Origin: Eubacteriales bacterium
GTDB lineage: Bacteria > Bacillota > Clostridia > Peptostreptococcales > Anaerovoracaceae
Direction of reading: 5' to 3'
Assembly: GCA_028692535.1 (NCBI GenBank)
Contig: JAQUXD010000002.1
Span: 1 to 48,557, forward strand
Length of the DNA stretch: 48,557 nucleotides
Both the position numbers and the translations under genes were made by a program. The notes below the pieces were generated by a model. The model saw only the letters and a list, made by a program, of their open reading frames with translations. It was not told where the DNA came from and searched no databases. Shown in pieces: positions 8,736-16,747 of this stretch (positions within the stretch are counted from its first letter, which is position 1; each line of letters begins with the position of its first letter).

Positions 8736-9866
8736 ATGTTTAAGGAAGGCCTTCGCCCTGCATGGGTGGAAATCGATCTGAAAGCGTTGGACAACAACAT
8801 AAAGATCATCCAATCCCGAGTTTCTCCCGGATCCGAGGTCTGTGGCATCGTCAAAGCCAACGCCTATGGTCACGGTGTTTTGGAATGCGTCAGGGTTATG
8901 GAGAGAAATGGGATCCGGACCTTCGGGATCTCCACTCTGGCGGAAGCGATCCAGCTTCGGGAGGCCGGGGTCAGCGGCCGGATTATTATGCTGGGCCTCA
9001 CGCCGGAAATGTATGTGGACACGGTGGTCGAACATAACATCATGACCGGATTTGCGGATATCTCGTATGCAAAAGCGCTCTCCGAGGAAGCCGTCAAGCG
9101 TGGAAAAACAGTGGAAGTGTGGGGTATTGTGGACACCGGAATGGGCAGGATCGGCTACCAGGCCAAGGATCCTCAGGCGGTGGAAGAAATTTATGCGGCC
9201 TCCAAGCTCCCCGGGCTGAAGCTTGCAGGGATTTTCTCCCATTTTTCCACATCGGATTTTGAAGACCGCAGCTATGCGGATAAACAGGAGCGGCGTTTCA
9301 ATCACATTCGGGAGGCGCTGATGGAAAAAGGATTATCCTTTTACCTGTGCTCTCTGGCCAACAGTCCTGCCACCATGGACCGGCCCAGCTCCCATTTTGA
9401 TCTCTGTCGGCCAGGCGGGATTTTCTACGGGCGCTATCAGAGTGGTGTTACCCTGGTGCCGGGCATCCGGCCTGTCATGTCCGTCAAGGCCAATATCGTG
9501 CAGCTCAAAAACGTGCCCGAAGGCTTTTCCGTCAGCTACGAACGCAGCCTGATCACAAAGCGGCCCAGCACCATCGCTACGCTGGCGATGGGCTATGCCG
9601 ACGGTATTCCAAGGCCCTGGTGGGAAAAAGGAAAAGTGATCGTCAAGGGGCAGTACGCGCCTTTCGCTGGGGTGATCTGCATGGATCAATGCATGCTGGA
9701 TGTGACGGATGTCCCTAATGTTCAATTGGGAGACGAGGTGGTGGTGATGGGCCGCAGCGGCGACCTGTTCATCGGCGCCGAAGATATCGCCGGAGGCGTG
9801 GGCACTATTGCCAACAATATTACCTGTGGCTGCGACGCCAGATTGCCATACCTCTATCTGGAATAA
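8736..9866 (+). CDS. alr: alanine racemase
   Basis: 376 aa with the PLP-lysine motif GIVKANAYGHG. GAGGAGG RBS upstream. Confidence 0.92.
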   Translation: MFKEGLRPAWVEIDLKALDNNIKIIQSRVSPGSEVCGIVKANAYGHGVLECVRVMERNGIRTFGISTLAEAIQLREAGVSGRIIMLGLTPEMYVDTVVEHNIMTGFADISYAKALSEEAVKRGKTVEVWGIVDTGMGRIGYQAKDPQAVEEIYAASKLPGLKLAGIFSHFSTSDFEDRSYADKQERRFNHIREALMEKGLSFYLCSLANSPATMDRPSSHFDLCRPGGIFYGRYQSGVTLVPGIRPVMSVKANIVQLKNVPEGFSVSYERSLITKRPSTIATLAMGYADGIPRPWWEKGKVIVKGQYAPFAGVICMDQCMLDVTDVPNVQLGDEVVVMGRSGDLFIGAEDIAGGVGTIANNITCGCDARLPYLYLE

Positions 9867-9885
9867 ACGGCCGGTGAAAACATAA

Positions 9886-9920
9886 TAAAAAGGCAGGATC
9901 CAGCGGATCCTGCCTTTTTC
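9886..9920. terminator. bidirectional intrinsic terminator
   Basis: AAAAAGGCAGGATCC-AGC-GGATCCTGCCTTTTT, with an A-run and a T-run flanking an 11-bp stem between convergent genes. Confidence 0.85.
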
Positions 9921-9924
9921 AGTG

Positions 9925-10812
9925 CTATTTTTTCTTTTTATTTTTGCTGCTGTTTCTGGCTTTTTCTGCCGCTTTTTTCGCTTCTCTTCGGGCCTTGTTG
10001 TTCTTGACCACCGAACGGGGCACTCTTCCGCCGCCGTCCTTGACAGAATGGGGACCGGCAACCCGGAACCTGCCTTCGCTGCGCTCTGCGGCTTGAAGCT
10101 CGGCTTCGATGGCTTCCATTTCAGCTGCCTTTTCCGCCTCGATCCGAAGCCGTTCTTCTTCCAGCTTCTGCTCTTTTTTTGCGATCTTGGCCTTTTCTTT
10201 TTCTACGTAAGCTGTAGCCTCTTCCAGGGATATGCCTTTGATCTTGGAAATCTTGTAGGGATTCAGATTTTCTTCCTTGATTTTTCCGGAAGCTTCGAAG
10301 CTTTGCTTTTCAGCGGTTTTCTTTGCCGCTTTGGACGTGGCGGAGAACATAAAGATCATCATGACTGCCATGAGCCCCATGCTCACCTTTGCGTCAGTGG
10401 CGGTATTTCTGATTTTGAACGTGGTGGTCATTCCTTCGTCCAGGGTGCCGCCTTCGGCGGAAATCACGCCGGGCAGGATCTCTACGCTGTATTCGGAATC
10501 GGACTCCAGCGTCTGTTCCAGAACCAGCCAGAGCTGATTGGGATATTTATCGGCGCTGTACATGATTTCAAAAGGTTGGTCGACGCCCTGGGCATCCTTG
10601 ATCTTGAAAAAATGCTTGTTTGCTGCGATAGCTGTCTCGTCCATCATATCCTGGCTGAACGTGACCTTTACAGCCATATTCTGGGGTTGCTTGCCCGTCT
10701 CTCCGTCCTTGGGCGTTATGTCCGTTACGACGAGTCCGGATGCGAAGATCGTGGTGCCGGTAAAGACGGTCAGGATCAGGATCAGGCTGATTAAAGCGGT
10801 GATACGTTTCAT
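9925..10812 (-). CDS. hypothetical single-pass membrane protein: signal peptide, Ig-like (SbsA/Big_5-like) ectodomain, TM helix, charged coiled-coil and poly-Lys tail
   Basis: The N terminus MKRITALISLILILTVFTGTTIFA is a signal peptide or anchor. The ectodomain has a VTDITPKDGETG...VKVTFSQ beta-rich pattern. A TM segment (MGLMAVMMIFMFSA) follows, then a KE-rich tail ending KNKKKK. The antisense 290-aa ORF is F-rich junk. Confidence 0.6.
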   Translation of the reverse strand: MKRITALISLILILTVFTGTTIFASGLVVTDITPKDGETGKQPQNMAVKVTFSQDMMDETAIAANKHFFKIKDAQGVDQPFEIMYSADKYPNQLWLVLEQTLESDSEYSVEILPGVISAEGGTLDEGMTTTFKIRNTATDAKVSMGLMAVMMIFMFSATSKAAKKTAEKQSFEASGKIKEENLNPYKISKIKGISLEEATAYVEKEKAKIAKKEQKLEEERLRIEAEKAAEMEAIEAELQAAERSEGRFRVAGPHSVKDGGGRVPRSVVKNNKARREAKKAAEKARNSSKNKKKK

Positions 10813-10840
10813 ACTAGGGGTTCCTCCAATGTGTCGGGTA

Positions 10841-11293
10841 CTATTTTCGCAGCTGCCGGAAAAACTGCCGCATCAATTGCCGGCACTCCTCTTCCAGAAT
10901 GCCGTCGGAAAGCTCAACCTGATGGTTGAGCCTGGAATCGGTGACCAGATTGTTGACGGAAAAGCAGGCGCCGGCTTTGGGGTCCGGGGTTCCGATGAAC
11001 AGCCGGGAGATCCGGGACAGGACAATGGCTCCGGCGCACATCGCGCATGGCTCCACCGTAACGTACAGATCGCAACCGGTCAGTCGCCATCCGCCCAGCG
11101 TTTCCGCTGCCTGGCGAATGGCCAGGATCTCGGCGTGCGCGGTGGGGTCCTTGATGCTTTCCACCAGATTGTGTCCCCTGCCGATGATGTCCTCTCCTTT
11201 GACGACCACTGCGCCCACGGGGACTTCACCCTTTTCGAAAGCCTTCTGCGCTTCTTCCAAAGCAATGCCCATGTAGTGCCGGGGCTGATTCAT
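10841..11293 (-). CDS. tadA: tRNA adenosine(34) deaminase
   Basis: HAE...PCAMCAGA zinc-deaminase motifs. I chose the ATG at 11293 ([15 protein letters not shown]), which has a GAGAGG RBS, over the TTG at 11317. Confidence 0.9.
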   Translation of the reverse strand: MNQPRHYMGIALEEAQKAFEKGEVPVGAVVVKGEDIIGRGHNLVESIKDPTAHAEILAIRQAAETLGGWRLTGCDLYVTVEPCAMCAGAIVLSRISRLFIGTPDPKAGACFSVNNLVTDSRLNHQVELSDGILEEECRQLMRQFFRQLRK

Positions 11294-11385
11294 GCCAACC
11301 TCTCTGTTTTCTGACAAAATGTACTACTCATAATATCATAGCGCCTGTTCATTTTCAACGGTTTTGTGAATTCCTGCCGATGGGG

Positions 11386-11414
11386 TTGATATTTCCCGGT
11401 TCCGTTGCTACAAT
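11386..11414 (+). promoter_or_regulatory. candidate promoter for cvpA
   Basis: TTGATA (11386-11391), 17-nt spacer, TACAAT (11409-11414). Confidence 0.5.
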
Positions 11415-11445
11415 CATATTGTAGTCGGAGGTAGGGGGCAATGAA

Positions 11446-12078
11446 TTGATACTGGATATTGGTCTTGGCATAATACTTCTTCTTTCTGTGATCGTCGGGT
11501 ATCGCAAAGGGTTTACGGAAGCTTTTCTGCATACGATCGGCTGGATTCTGGCCATCGTATTGGGGTTTGTGTGGACACCGGCGGTAGCTGCTTTTTTACG
11601 CGGCAATACGAATATGGAAGAAAGCCTTCGTGTCATCTTCAACGAACGTTTGGCCCGGACCGGCGGCACCGGACAGGAAGGTTTGCTGAGCGGGATTCCC
11701 GAGATCCTGTCGGATTATTTTTCCGATGCGGTGAGCGTTATCCAAAGCAATACCGTGGAAAATCTTGTCGACATCATCATCACGATCCTGGCGCTGCTGT
11801 GTATCATCCTGATCATCAAACTGATCTTCTTTCTGATCACCTTGCTTTTCAGCAAGCGGAAACGGGGCGGAATCATCGCTTTTTCCGACGGGATACTGGG
11901 ACTGGCCTTCGGCGCGGTCAAAGGATTGCTGCTCATCTGCATCCTGTTGGCCCTGATTCTGCCGCTGTCCAATTTTTTCCAAAGCGAGGTTCTTTTGGAA
12001 CAATTGAGCAGTTCCACCTATGCTATTCAGATCTACAATAACAACCCGATATTTCTCTTGACGCAAATCTTTTTCTAA
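11446..12078 (+). CDS. cvpA: CvpA family membrane protein
   Basis: The N terminus ILDIGLGIILLLSVIVGYRKGF is typical of the CvpA/colicin V production family and the protein is multi-TM. It has a TTG start preceded by GGAGG. Confidence 0.75.
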   Translation: MILDIGLGIILLLSVIVGYRKGFTEAFLHTIGWILAIVLGFVWTPAVAAFLRGNTNMEESLRVIFNERLARTGGTGQEGLLSGIPEILSDYFSDAVSVIQSNTVENLVDIIITILALLCIILIIKLIFFLITLLFSKRKRGGIIAFSDGILGLAFGAVKGLLLICILLALILPLSNFFQSEVLLEQLSSSTYAIQIYNNNPIFLLTQIFF

Positions 12079-12116
12079 TCCATACTTTAAGGAGTCGCAC
12101 TTTTGACAAACGACAG

Positions 12117-12191
12117 GCCCCCATAGTTAAACGGATATAACGGAGGTTTCCTAAACCTTTGTTGGTGGTTCGATTCCGCCTGGGGGTGCCA
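12117..12191 (+). tRNA. tRNA-Arg (anticodon CCU), CCA encoded
   Basis: Hand-folded cloverleaf: acceptor GCCCCCA/TGGGGGT, D arm GTTA-AACGGATA-TAAC, anticodon arm GAGGT-TTCCTAA-ACCTT (CCT at 12150-12152), variable loop TGTT, T arm GGTGG-TTCGATT-CCGCC, discriminator G, CCA. Confidence 0.85.
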
Positions 12192-12201
12192 CTCAAAAAA
12201 T

Positions 12202-12227
12202 GGCAGCCCGAACGGGCTGTCATTTTT
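12202..12227 (+). terminator. hairpin plus U-tract immediately after the tRNA
   Basis: GGCAGCCCG / CGGGCTGTC stem followed by ATTTTT. Confidence 0.6.
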
Positions 12228-12239
12228 ACGGGAGACAAC

Positions 12240-14000
12240 ATGGACATTTTTAACATCATTACACTGTGTGGCGGATTGGCCTTTTTCCTGTATGGCATGC
12301 ACGTCATGTCTTCGGGCCTTACGAAGGTGACGGGCGGGAAGCTGGAACAGACGCTGAAGCGGATGACATCCAATCCGTTAAAGAGCTTGCTGCTCGGCGC
12401 CGGGATCACCATTGCCATCCAGAGCTCGTCGGCCATGACCGTCATGCTTGTGGGCCTGGTCAATTCCGGAATCATGGAATTGGGTCAAACCGTGGGCGTC
12501 ATCATGGGTTCCAACATCGGAACGACACTGACCGCCTGGATCCTGAGCCTTGCGGGGATCGAAAGCGACAACTTCTTTATGAAGATGCTGAAGCCTACGA
12601 ATTTCGCCCCCATCGTGGCGCTCATCGGCATTATCCTGATCATGGTATCCAAGCGCAGCCGCCGCAAAGACATCGGAGGCGTTATGGTGGGTTTCTCCGT
12701 GTTGATGTATGGCATGCAGCTCATGAGCGAAGCCGTGAGTCCTTTGGGGGATATGCCCGGATTCACTTCGATGCTTACCGCCTTTCAAAATCCCATTTTG
12801 GGCGTGATCGTCGGCGCTGTGTTCACGGGTCTGATCCAGAGCTCTGCGGCTTCTGTGGGTATTCTGCAGGCCTTGGCCCTTACCGGTGCCATTTCCTTCG
12901 GAATGGCCATACCTATTATCATGGGGCAGAACATCGGCACCTGCGTGACGGCGCTGCTGTCCAGTATCGGTGTCAATCGCTCTGCCAAGCGCGTGGCCGC
13001 TGTGCATATTTCTTTTAATCTGATCGGCACTGCCATTTGTCTCATGGTATTTTACGGCTTGCACAGCGTTCTTCATTTCACCTTTTTTGACAAATCCATC
13101 ACGATCCTGGGGATCGCGATCTGTCACAGCGCCTTCAATGTGATCACCACGCTTATGCTCCTGCCGTTCCCCAAGCAATTGGAGAAGCTGGCCATGGTCA
13201 TGGTCCGGGAGGATCACGATCAGGACACCTACGCGTTTTTGGATGAAAGACTTTTGCAGTCTCCCTCCTTTGCCATACAGGAGTGCGAAAGCCTTGTGAT
13301 GAAGATGGCGGACATGGCTCACGAAAACGTGCTGCGGTCTATCTCGCTGATCTATAATTACAGGCAAGACCAGGCTGATCTGGTGGAAGATTACGAGGAC
13401 AAGCTGGACCAGTCTGAAGATAAGCTGGGATCCTATCTGGTCAAGATCGCCGCAAAGAATCTTTCGGATAAAGACAGCCTCTATGTAGGAAAACTGCTCC
13501 ACGGCATCGGAGACCTGGAACGGATCGGTGATCATGCGGTGAACATCGTCGACGTCGCCCGGGAATTGTATGAAAAACAGATCGTATTCTCCCTGGCAGC
13601 CAACAAAGAGCTGGAGATCCTTATCAGTGCCATCAAGGAGATCCTGGACATTACGATGAAAGCTTACAAAGAGGGAGATCAGGCTCTTGCGATCCGGGTG
13701 GAGCCTCTGGAAGAAGTCATCGATATCATGATCGTCGACATCAAGAAGCGGCATGTGGAACGCCTTCAGGCCGGTCAGTGCAACCTGACCTTCGGATTTG
13801 CCCATGCGGATCTGATCAACAACCTGGAACGGATCTCCGATCACTGTTCCAACCTGGCCATTGCCGTCCTCAACATGTCGTTGGGGCGCTATGATGCCCA
13901 CGAGTATACCGAGGCGGTCAAGAGCGGAACGAACCCGGAATTCGAAGAGAACTTCAAGGCATTTTCGGAAAAGTATGCCTTGGACATTCTGGACTGCTGA
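12240..14000 (+). CDS. Na/Pi cotransporter family protein with C-terminal PhoU-like domains
   Basis: Starts MDIFNIITLCGGLAFFLYGM with QSSSAMT and QSSAASV repeat motifs and C-terminal ERIGDH / ERISDH PhoU-type motifs. The tracked 12159 start overlaps the tRNA and was rejected. Confidence 0.88.
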   Translation: MDIFNIITLCGGLAFFLYGMHVMSSGLTKVTGGKLEQTLKRMTSNPLKSLLLGAGITIAIQSSSAMTVMLVGLVNSGIMELGQTVGVIMGSNIGTTLTAWILSLAGIESDNFFMKMLKPTNFAPIVALIGIILIMVSKRSRRKDIGGVMVGFSVLMYGMQLMSEAVSPLGDMPGFTSMLTAFQNPILGVIVGAVFTGLIQSSAASVGILQALALTGAISFGMAIPIIMGQNIGTCVTALLSSIGVNRSAKRVAAVHISFNLIGTAICLMVFYGLHSVLHFTFFDKSITILGIAICHSAFNVITTLMLLPFPKQLEKLAMVMVREDHDQDTYAFLDERLLQSPSFAIQECESLVMKMADMAHENVLRSISLIYNYRQDQADLVEDYEDKLDQSEDKLGSYLVKIAAKNLSDKDSLYVGKLLHGIGDLERIGDHAVNIVDVARELYEKQIVFSLAANKELEILISAIKEILDITMKAYKEGDQALAIRVEPLEEVIDIMIVDIKKRHVERLQAGQCNLTFGFAHADLINNLERISDHCSNLAIAVLNMSLGRYDAHEYTEAVKSGTNPEFEENFKAFSEKYALDILDC

Positions 14001-14053
14001 GGCGGCTTGCCCGGCGGCTTACAATAAAAATCTTATGTGACATATTTAAAGAA

Positions 14054-14088
14054 GAGGGTGCATTTCACATGCGCCCTCTTTTCGTTTT
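14054..14088. terminator. intrinsic terminator after the Na/Pi cotransporter gene
   Basis: 10-bp stem GAGGGTGCAT / ATGCGCCCTC with a TTCAC loop, followed by TTTTCGTTTT. Confidence 0.75.
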
Positions 14089-14109
14089 GCTGTCATCGCC
14101 TTGCCGGAG

Positions 14110-14571
14110 CTATTTGGAAGCCACCGGCGATACGCTGTAACGCTGTTTGACACTAGAGAGAATCACGTTGGTCTGGGTGTGCTTAATACAGGAGATCCCC
14201 TTGATCTTGTTCATCAGCCGTTCCAGCGAAGCGGTGTTTCGGGTGGTGATCTTCAACACATAGTCAAACTCGCCGGTGATGTAATGACATTCCAGAATTT
14301 CTTCCGCTCCCGAGATGAAGCTGTTGAATTCTTCCGTCTGATCCGGTGTTTCCAGGCTGATCATCATGATCACGGATAATTCCTTTTCCATGGCCGCCGC
14401 ATTGAGGATGGCGGTATACTGTTCGATGATTCCGCCGTTTTCCAGCTTCTTCAGCCGTTCGCTTACAGCCGACAGGGAAAGGTTCACCTGCTTTGAGAGT
14501 TCGGAGATCGAAACTCTGGAGTTCTGCTGGAGAACTTCCAGGATCTTTACATCAATGATATCCAGAGACAT
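14110..14571 (-). CDS. Lrp/AsnC family transcriptional regulator
   Basis: MSLDIIDVKILEVLQQNSRVSISELSKQVNLSLSAVSERLKKLE HTH region plus a C-terminal RAM/AsnC_trans_reg-like domain. I chose the ATG at 14571, which has a GAGGTG RBS, over the GTG at 14580. Confidence 0.88.
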   Translation of the reverse strand: MSLDIIDVKILEVLQQNSRVSISELSKQVNLSLSAVSERLKKLENGGIIEQYTAILNAAAMEKELSVIMMISLETPDQTEEFNSFISGAEEILECHYITGEFDYVLKITTRNTASLERLMNKIKGISCIKHTQTNVILSSVKQRYSVSPVASK

Positions 14572-14583
14572 AATTTGCACCTC

Positions 14584-14595
14584 TTTCGCAAAAAT
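14584..14595. repeat. 12-mer TTTCGCAAAAAT, copy 1 (abuts the lrp RBS)
   Basis: Exact direct repeat of 14660-14671. Confidence 0.9.
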
Positions 14596-14645
14596 AATTC
14601 CAAATGAAAATGGGATTCTTCCGATAAAGCATTGTATATACCGTT

Positions 14646-14674
14646 ACTTTACCAAAAGATTTCGCAAAAATCAA
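14646..14674 (-). promoter_or_regulatory. candidate promoter for the Lrp/AsnC gene
   Basis: On the minus strand: TTGATT, 17-nt spacer, TGgTAAAGT (extended -10). Confidence 0.4.
14660..14671. repeat. 12-mer TTTCGCAAAAAT, copy 2 (overlaps the candidate lrp -35/spacer)
   Basis: Exact direct repeat of 14584-14595, starting 76 nt away. Confidence 0.9.
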
Positions 14675-14721
14675 GGTAAATTGCTTGGAACGGCACAGAT
14701 TTTTCATCAAGTGAAAACATT

Positions 14722-14750
14722 TTGCATTATACGGGCAATTAAGCTATAAT
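14722..14750 (+). promoter_or_regulatory. candidate promoter for glnS
   Basis: TTGCAT (14722-14727), 17-nt spacer, consensus TATAAT (14745-14750). Confidence 0.6.
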
Positions 14751-14805
14751 ATTATTCACTATCCAGACTCACATTTACGGTTTCCAACCAAGGAGGAGGC
14801 AAACC

Positions 14806-16488
14806 ATGGCAGACGATATCAAGAAGGCCGGGAGCGAAGCGATGCCGGCCAAAGAAGGCGGAACGAACTTTATACACGCGATCATCGAAAAAGACCTGGA
14901 GCAACAAAAATACAGCCGGCAGGTCATGACGCGTTTTCCGCCGGAGCCCAACGGATATCTGCATATCGGTCACGCCAAATCCATCTGCCTCAATTTCGGA
15001 ACGGCGCTGAAATACGGCGGCGGCTGCAACCTTCGGTACGACGATACCAACCCGGTCACGGAAGACGAGGAGTTTGTGGGATCCATCGAGGAAGATGTGA
15101 AATGGTTGGGATTTCAATGGGATAACCTGTTGTATGCGTCGGACTATTTCGAGACCATGTTCGAGGGCGCCGTCAAACTGATCAAAGAAGGCAAGGCCTA
15201 CGTCTGCGAATTGACGGCAGACGAGATACGAGCCACTCGGGGAACGCTCACGGAACCCGGGAGCAACAGCCCATACCGGGACAGACCCGCAGAAGAGAGC
15301 CTGCAGATGTTTATGGATATGCGGGCCGGAAAATACGAAGACGGCAGCGTGGTGCTCCGAGCAAAAATTGACATGGCCTCTCCCAACATCAACATGCGGG
15401 ATCCGGTCATCTTTCGGGTGCTGCACGCAACACATCACAATACGGGGGATGCGTGGTGCATCTACCCCATGTACGACTATGCCCATCCCATCGAGGATGC
15501 GGTGGAGGGGATCACCCATTCCATCTGTACGCTGGAATTCGAAGATCATCGTCCGTTCTACGACTGGGTTCTGGAAAGTCTGGAATGGCCCGAGCCGCCT
15601 CAGCAGATCGAATTTGCAAAGCTCAATCTGTCCAATACGATCATGAGCAAGCGCAACATCAAGCGACTGGTGGGCGAAGGAGAAGTGGAAGGGTGGGACG
15701 ATCCCAGGCTCTGTACCATCGCCGGCATTCGCAGACGGGGATACACCCCGGAGGCCATCCGCGCATTCTGCGACGCGGTCGGCGTATCCAAGGCCAACAG
15801 CCAGGTGGAGATGTCCATGCTGGAGTACTTCGTCCGCGACGACCTGAAGGATCGTGTGGAGAGCCGCATGGTGGTGCTGGATCCGATTAAGGTGATCCTT
15901 ACCAACTACCCGGAGGATCAACAGGAAATGTTGCCGATCGAAAACAGTATGTCCGTTCCGGAAATGGGCATGCGGGAAGTTTCTTTCTCCCGCGAACTCT
16001 ACATCGAACGGGAAGATTTCATGGAGATTCCGCCGAAAAAATATTTCCGCTTGTATCCCGGCAACGAGGTGCGGCTGAAAGGTGCCTATTTCATCACCTG
16101 CAACGATGTGGTAAAGGATGAGAACGGCAACATCACCGAGATCCTCTGCACTTACGACCCGGCGACCAAGAGCGGCAGCGGATTCGAGGAAAGAAAGCCC
16201 AAGGGCACCATCCATTGGGTGGATGCCAAGAGCGCTGTGGACATCCCTGTCCGGCAATACGGATACCTGTCCTACCCCGACGAAGAGACGGGGAAGCAGG
16301 TTTTTGATACGGAATCCAGACAGGACTTGATCGCCAAAGCTGAACCTTCCATCCAGAAAGCCGCGCCCGGAGAGCGTTTTCAGTTCTTCCGGAACGGTTA
16401 TTACATCGCCGATACCGTTCTCAGCAAAGAGGGCGCTCCGGTATTCAATCAAATCGTGGGACTCAAGAGTTCCTGGAAGAAAGGCTGA
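14806..16488 (+). CDS. glnS: glutamine--tRNA ligase
   Basis: 560 aa with [18 protein letters not shown] (HIGH) and MSKR (KMSK) class I motifs and a GlnRS-like N terminus [23 protein letters not shown] upstream. Confidence 0.93.
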   Translation: MADDIKKAGSEAMPAKEGGTNFIHAIIEKDLEQQKYSRQVMTRFPPEPNGYLHIGHAKSICLNFGTALKYGGGCNLRYDDTNPVTEDEEFVGSIEEDVKWLGFQWDNLLYASDYFETMFEGAVKLIKEGKAYVCELTADEIRATRGTLTEPGSNSPYRDRPAEESLQMFMDMRAGKYEDGSVVLRAKIDMASPNINMRDPVIFRVLHATHHNTGDAWCIYPMYDYAHPIEDAVEGITHSICTLEFEDHRPFYDWVLESLEWPEPPQQIEFAKLNLSNTIMSKRNIKRLVGEGEVEGWDDPRLCTIAGIRRRGYTPEAIRAFCDAVGVSKANSQVEMSMLEYFVRDDLKDRVESRMVVLDPIKVILTNYPEDQQEMLPIENSMSVPEMGMREVSFSRELYIEREDFMEIPPKKYFRLYPGNEVRLKGAYFITCNDVVKDENGNITEILCTYDPATKSGSGFEERKPKGTIHWVDAKSAVDIPVRQYGYLSYPDEETGKQVFDTESRQDLIAKAEPSIQKAAPGERFQFFRNGYYIADTVLSKEGAPVFNQIVGLKSSWKKG

Positions 16489-16500
16489 CGATAGAGCTGA

Positions 16501-16551
16501 AAGGCCGCAGACCTCCCTGGCGAAAGCGGGAGGCCGGTGGCCTTCTTTTTT
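16501..16551 (+). terminator. intrinsic terminator after glnS
   Basis: AAGGCC..CCTCCC-loop-GGGAGG..GGCCTT imperfect long hairpin followed by CTTTTTT. Confidence 0.6.
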
Positions 16552-16747
16552 CGTTTGATGCCGACGGAGATTGATGCATTCTTGATGTTGATGGCATAAT
16601 GCATCTGGACTTCCGGCTTCAGCGCCTGTTCGACCTTGCAGAGGCCTGCGAGGTCGCCCGGAAAGACTGGCATGATACTTGCAAATCATATACTAAGTAT
16701 GGAAAAGGGATGCAGCTGCATCTCGGAGGATCCGGGAGGAGGAACCT

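Noticed and set aside
8568-9305. N-terminal 246-codon extension of the SDR ORF (tracked as 7833-9305)
   Set aside because: The extension runs antisense through alr. The SDR fold begins at MNQTTLISGASGGIG (8567), which has an AGGAG RBS.
9922-10794. 290-aa plus-strand ORF
   Set aside because: It is the antisense of the Lys/Glu-rich membrane protein gene. Its Phe/Leu-rich translation is the complement of a poly-Lys/Glu coding sequence.
12103-12108. TTGACA hexamer upstream of the tRNA as its promoter -35
   Set aside because: It lies only 8 nt from tRNA position 1, so the -10 would fall inside the mature tRNA. No matching -10 was found.
12159-12239. Upstream start for the Na/Pi cotransporter
   Set aside because: It would overlap the tRNA-Arg gene and its terminator hairpin.
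14581-14805. Possible T-box leader upstream of glnS
   Set aside because: There is no T-box consensus (AATTAGGGTGGTACCGCG-like) and no specifier or terminator-antiterminator architecture. The predicted leader is only about 50 nt.
14752-16689. 645-aa ORF on the minus strand
   Set aside because: It is entirely antisense to glnS, which has unmistakable class I synthetase motifs. The translation is low-complexity and Arg/Gly/His-rich. Long stop-free antisense frames are expected in GC-rich coding DNA.
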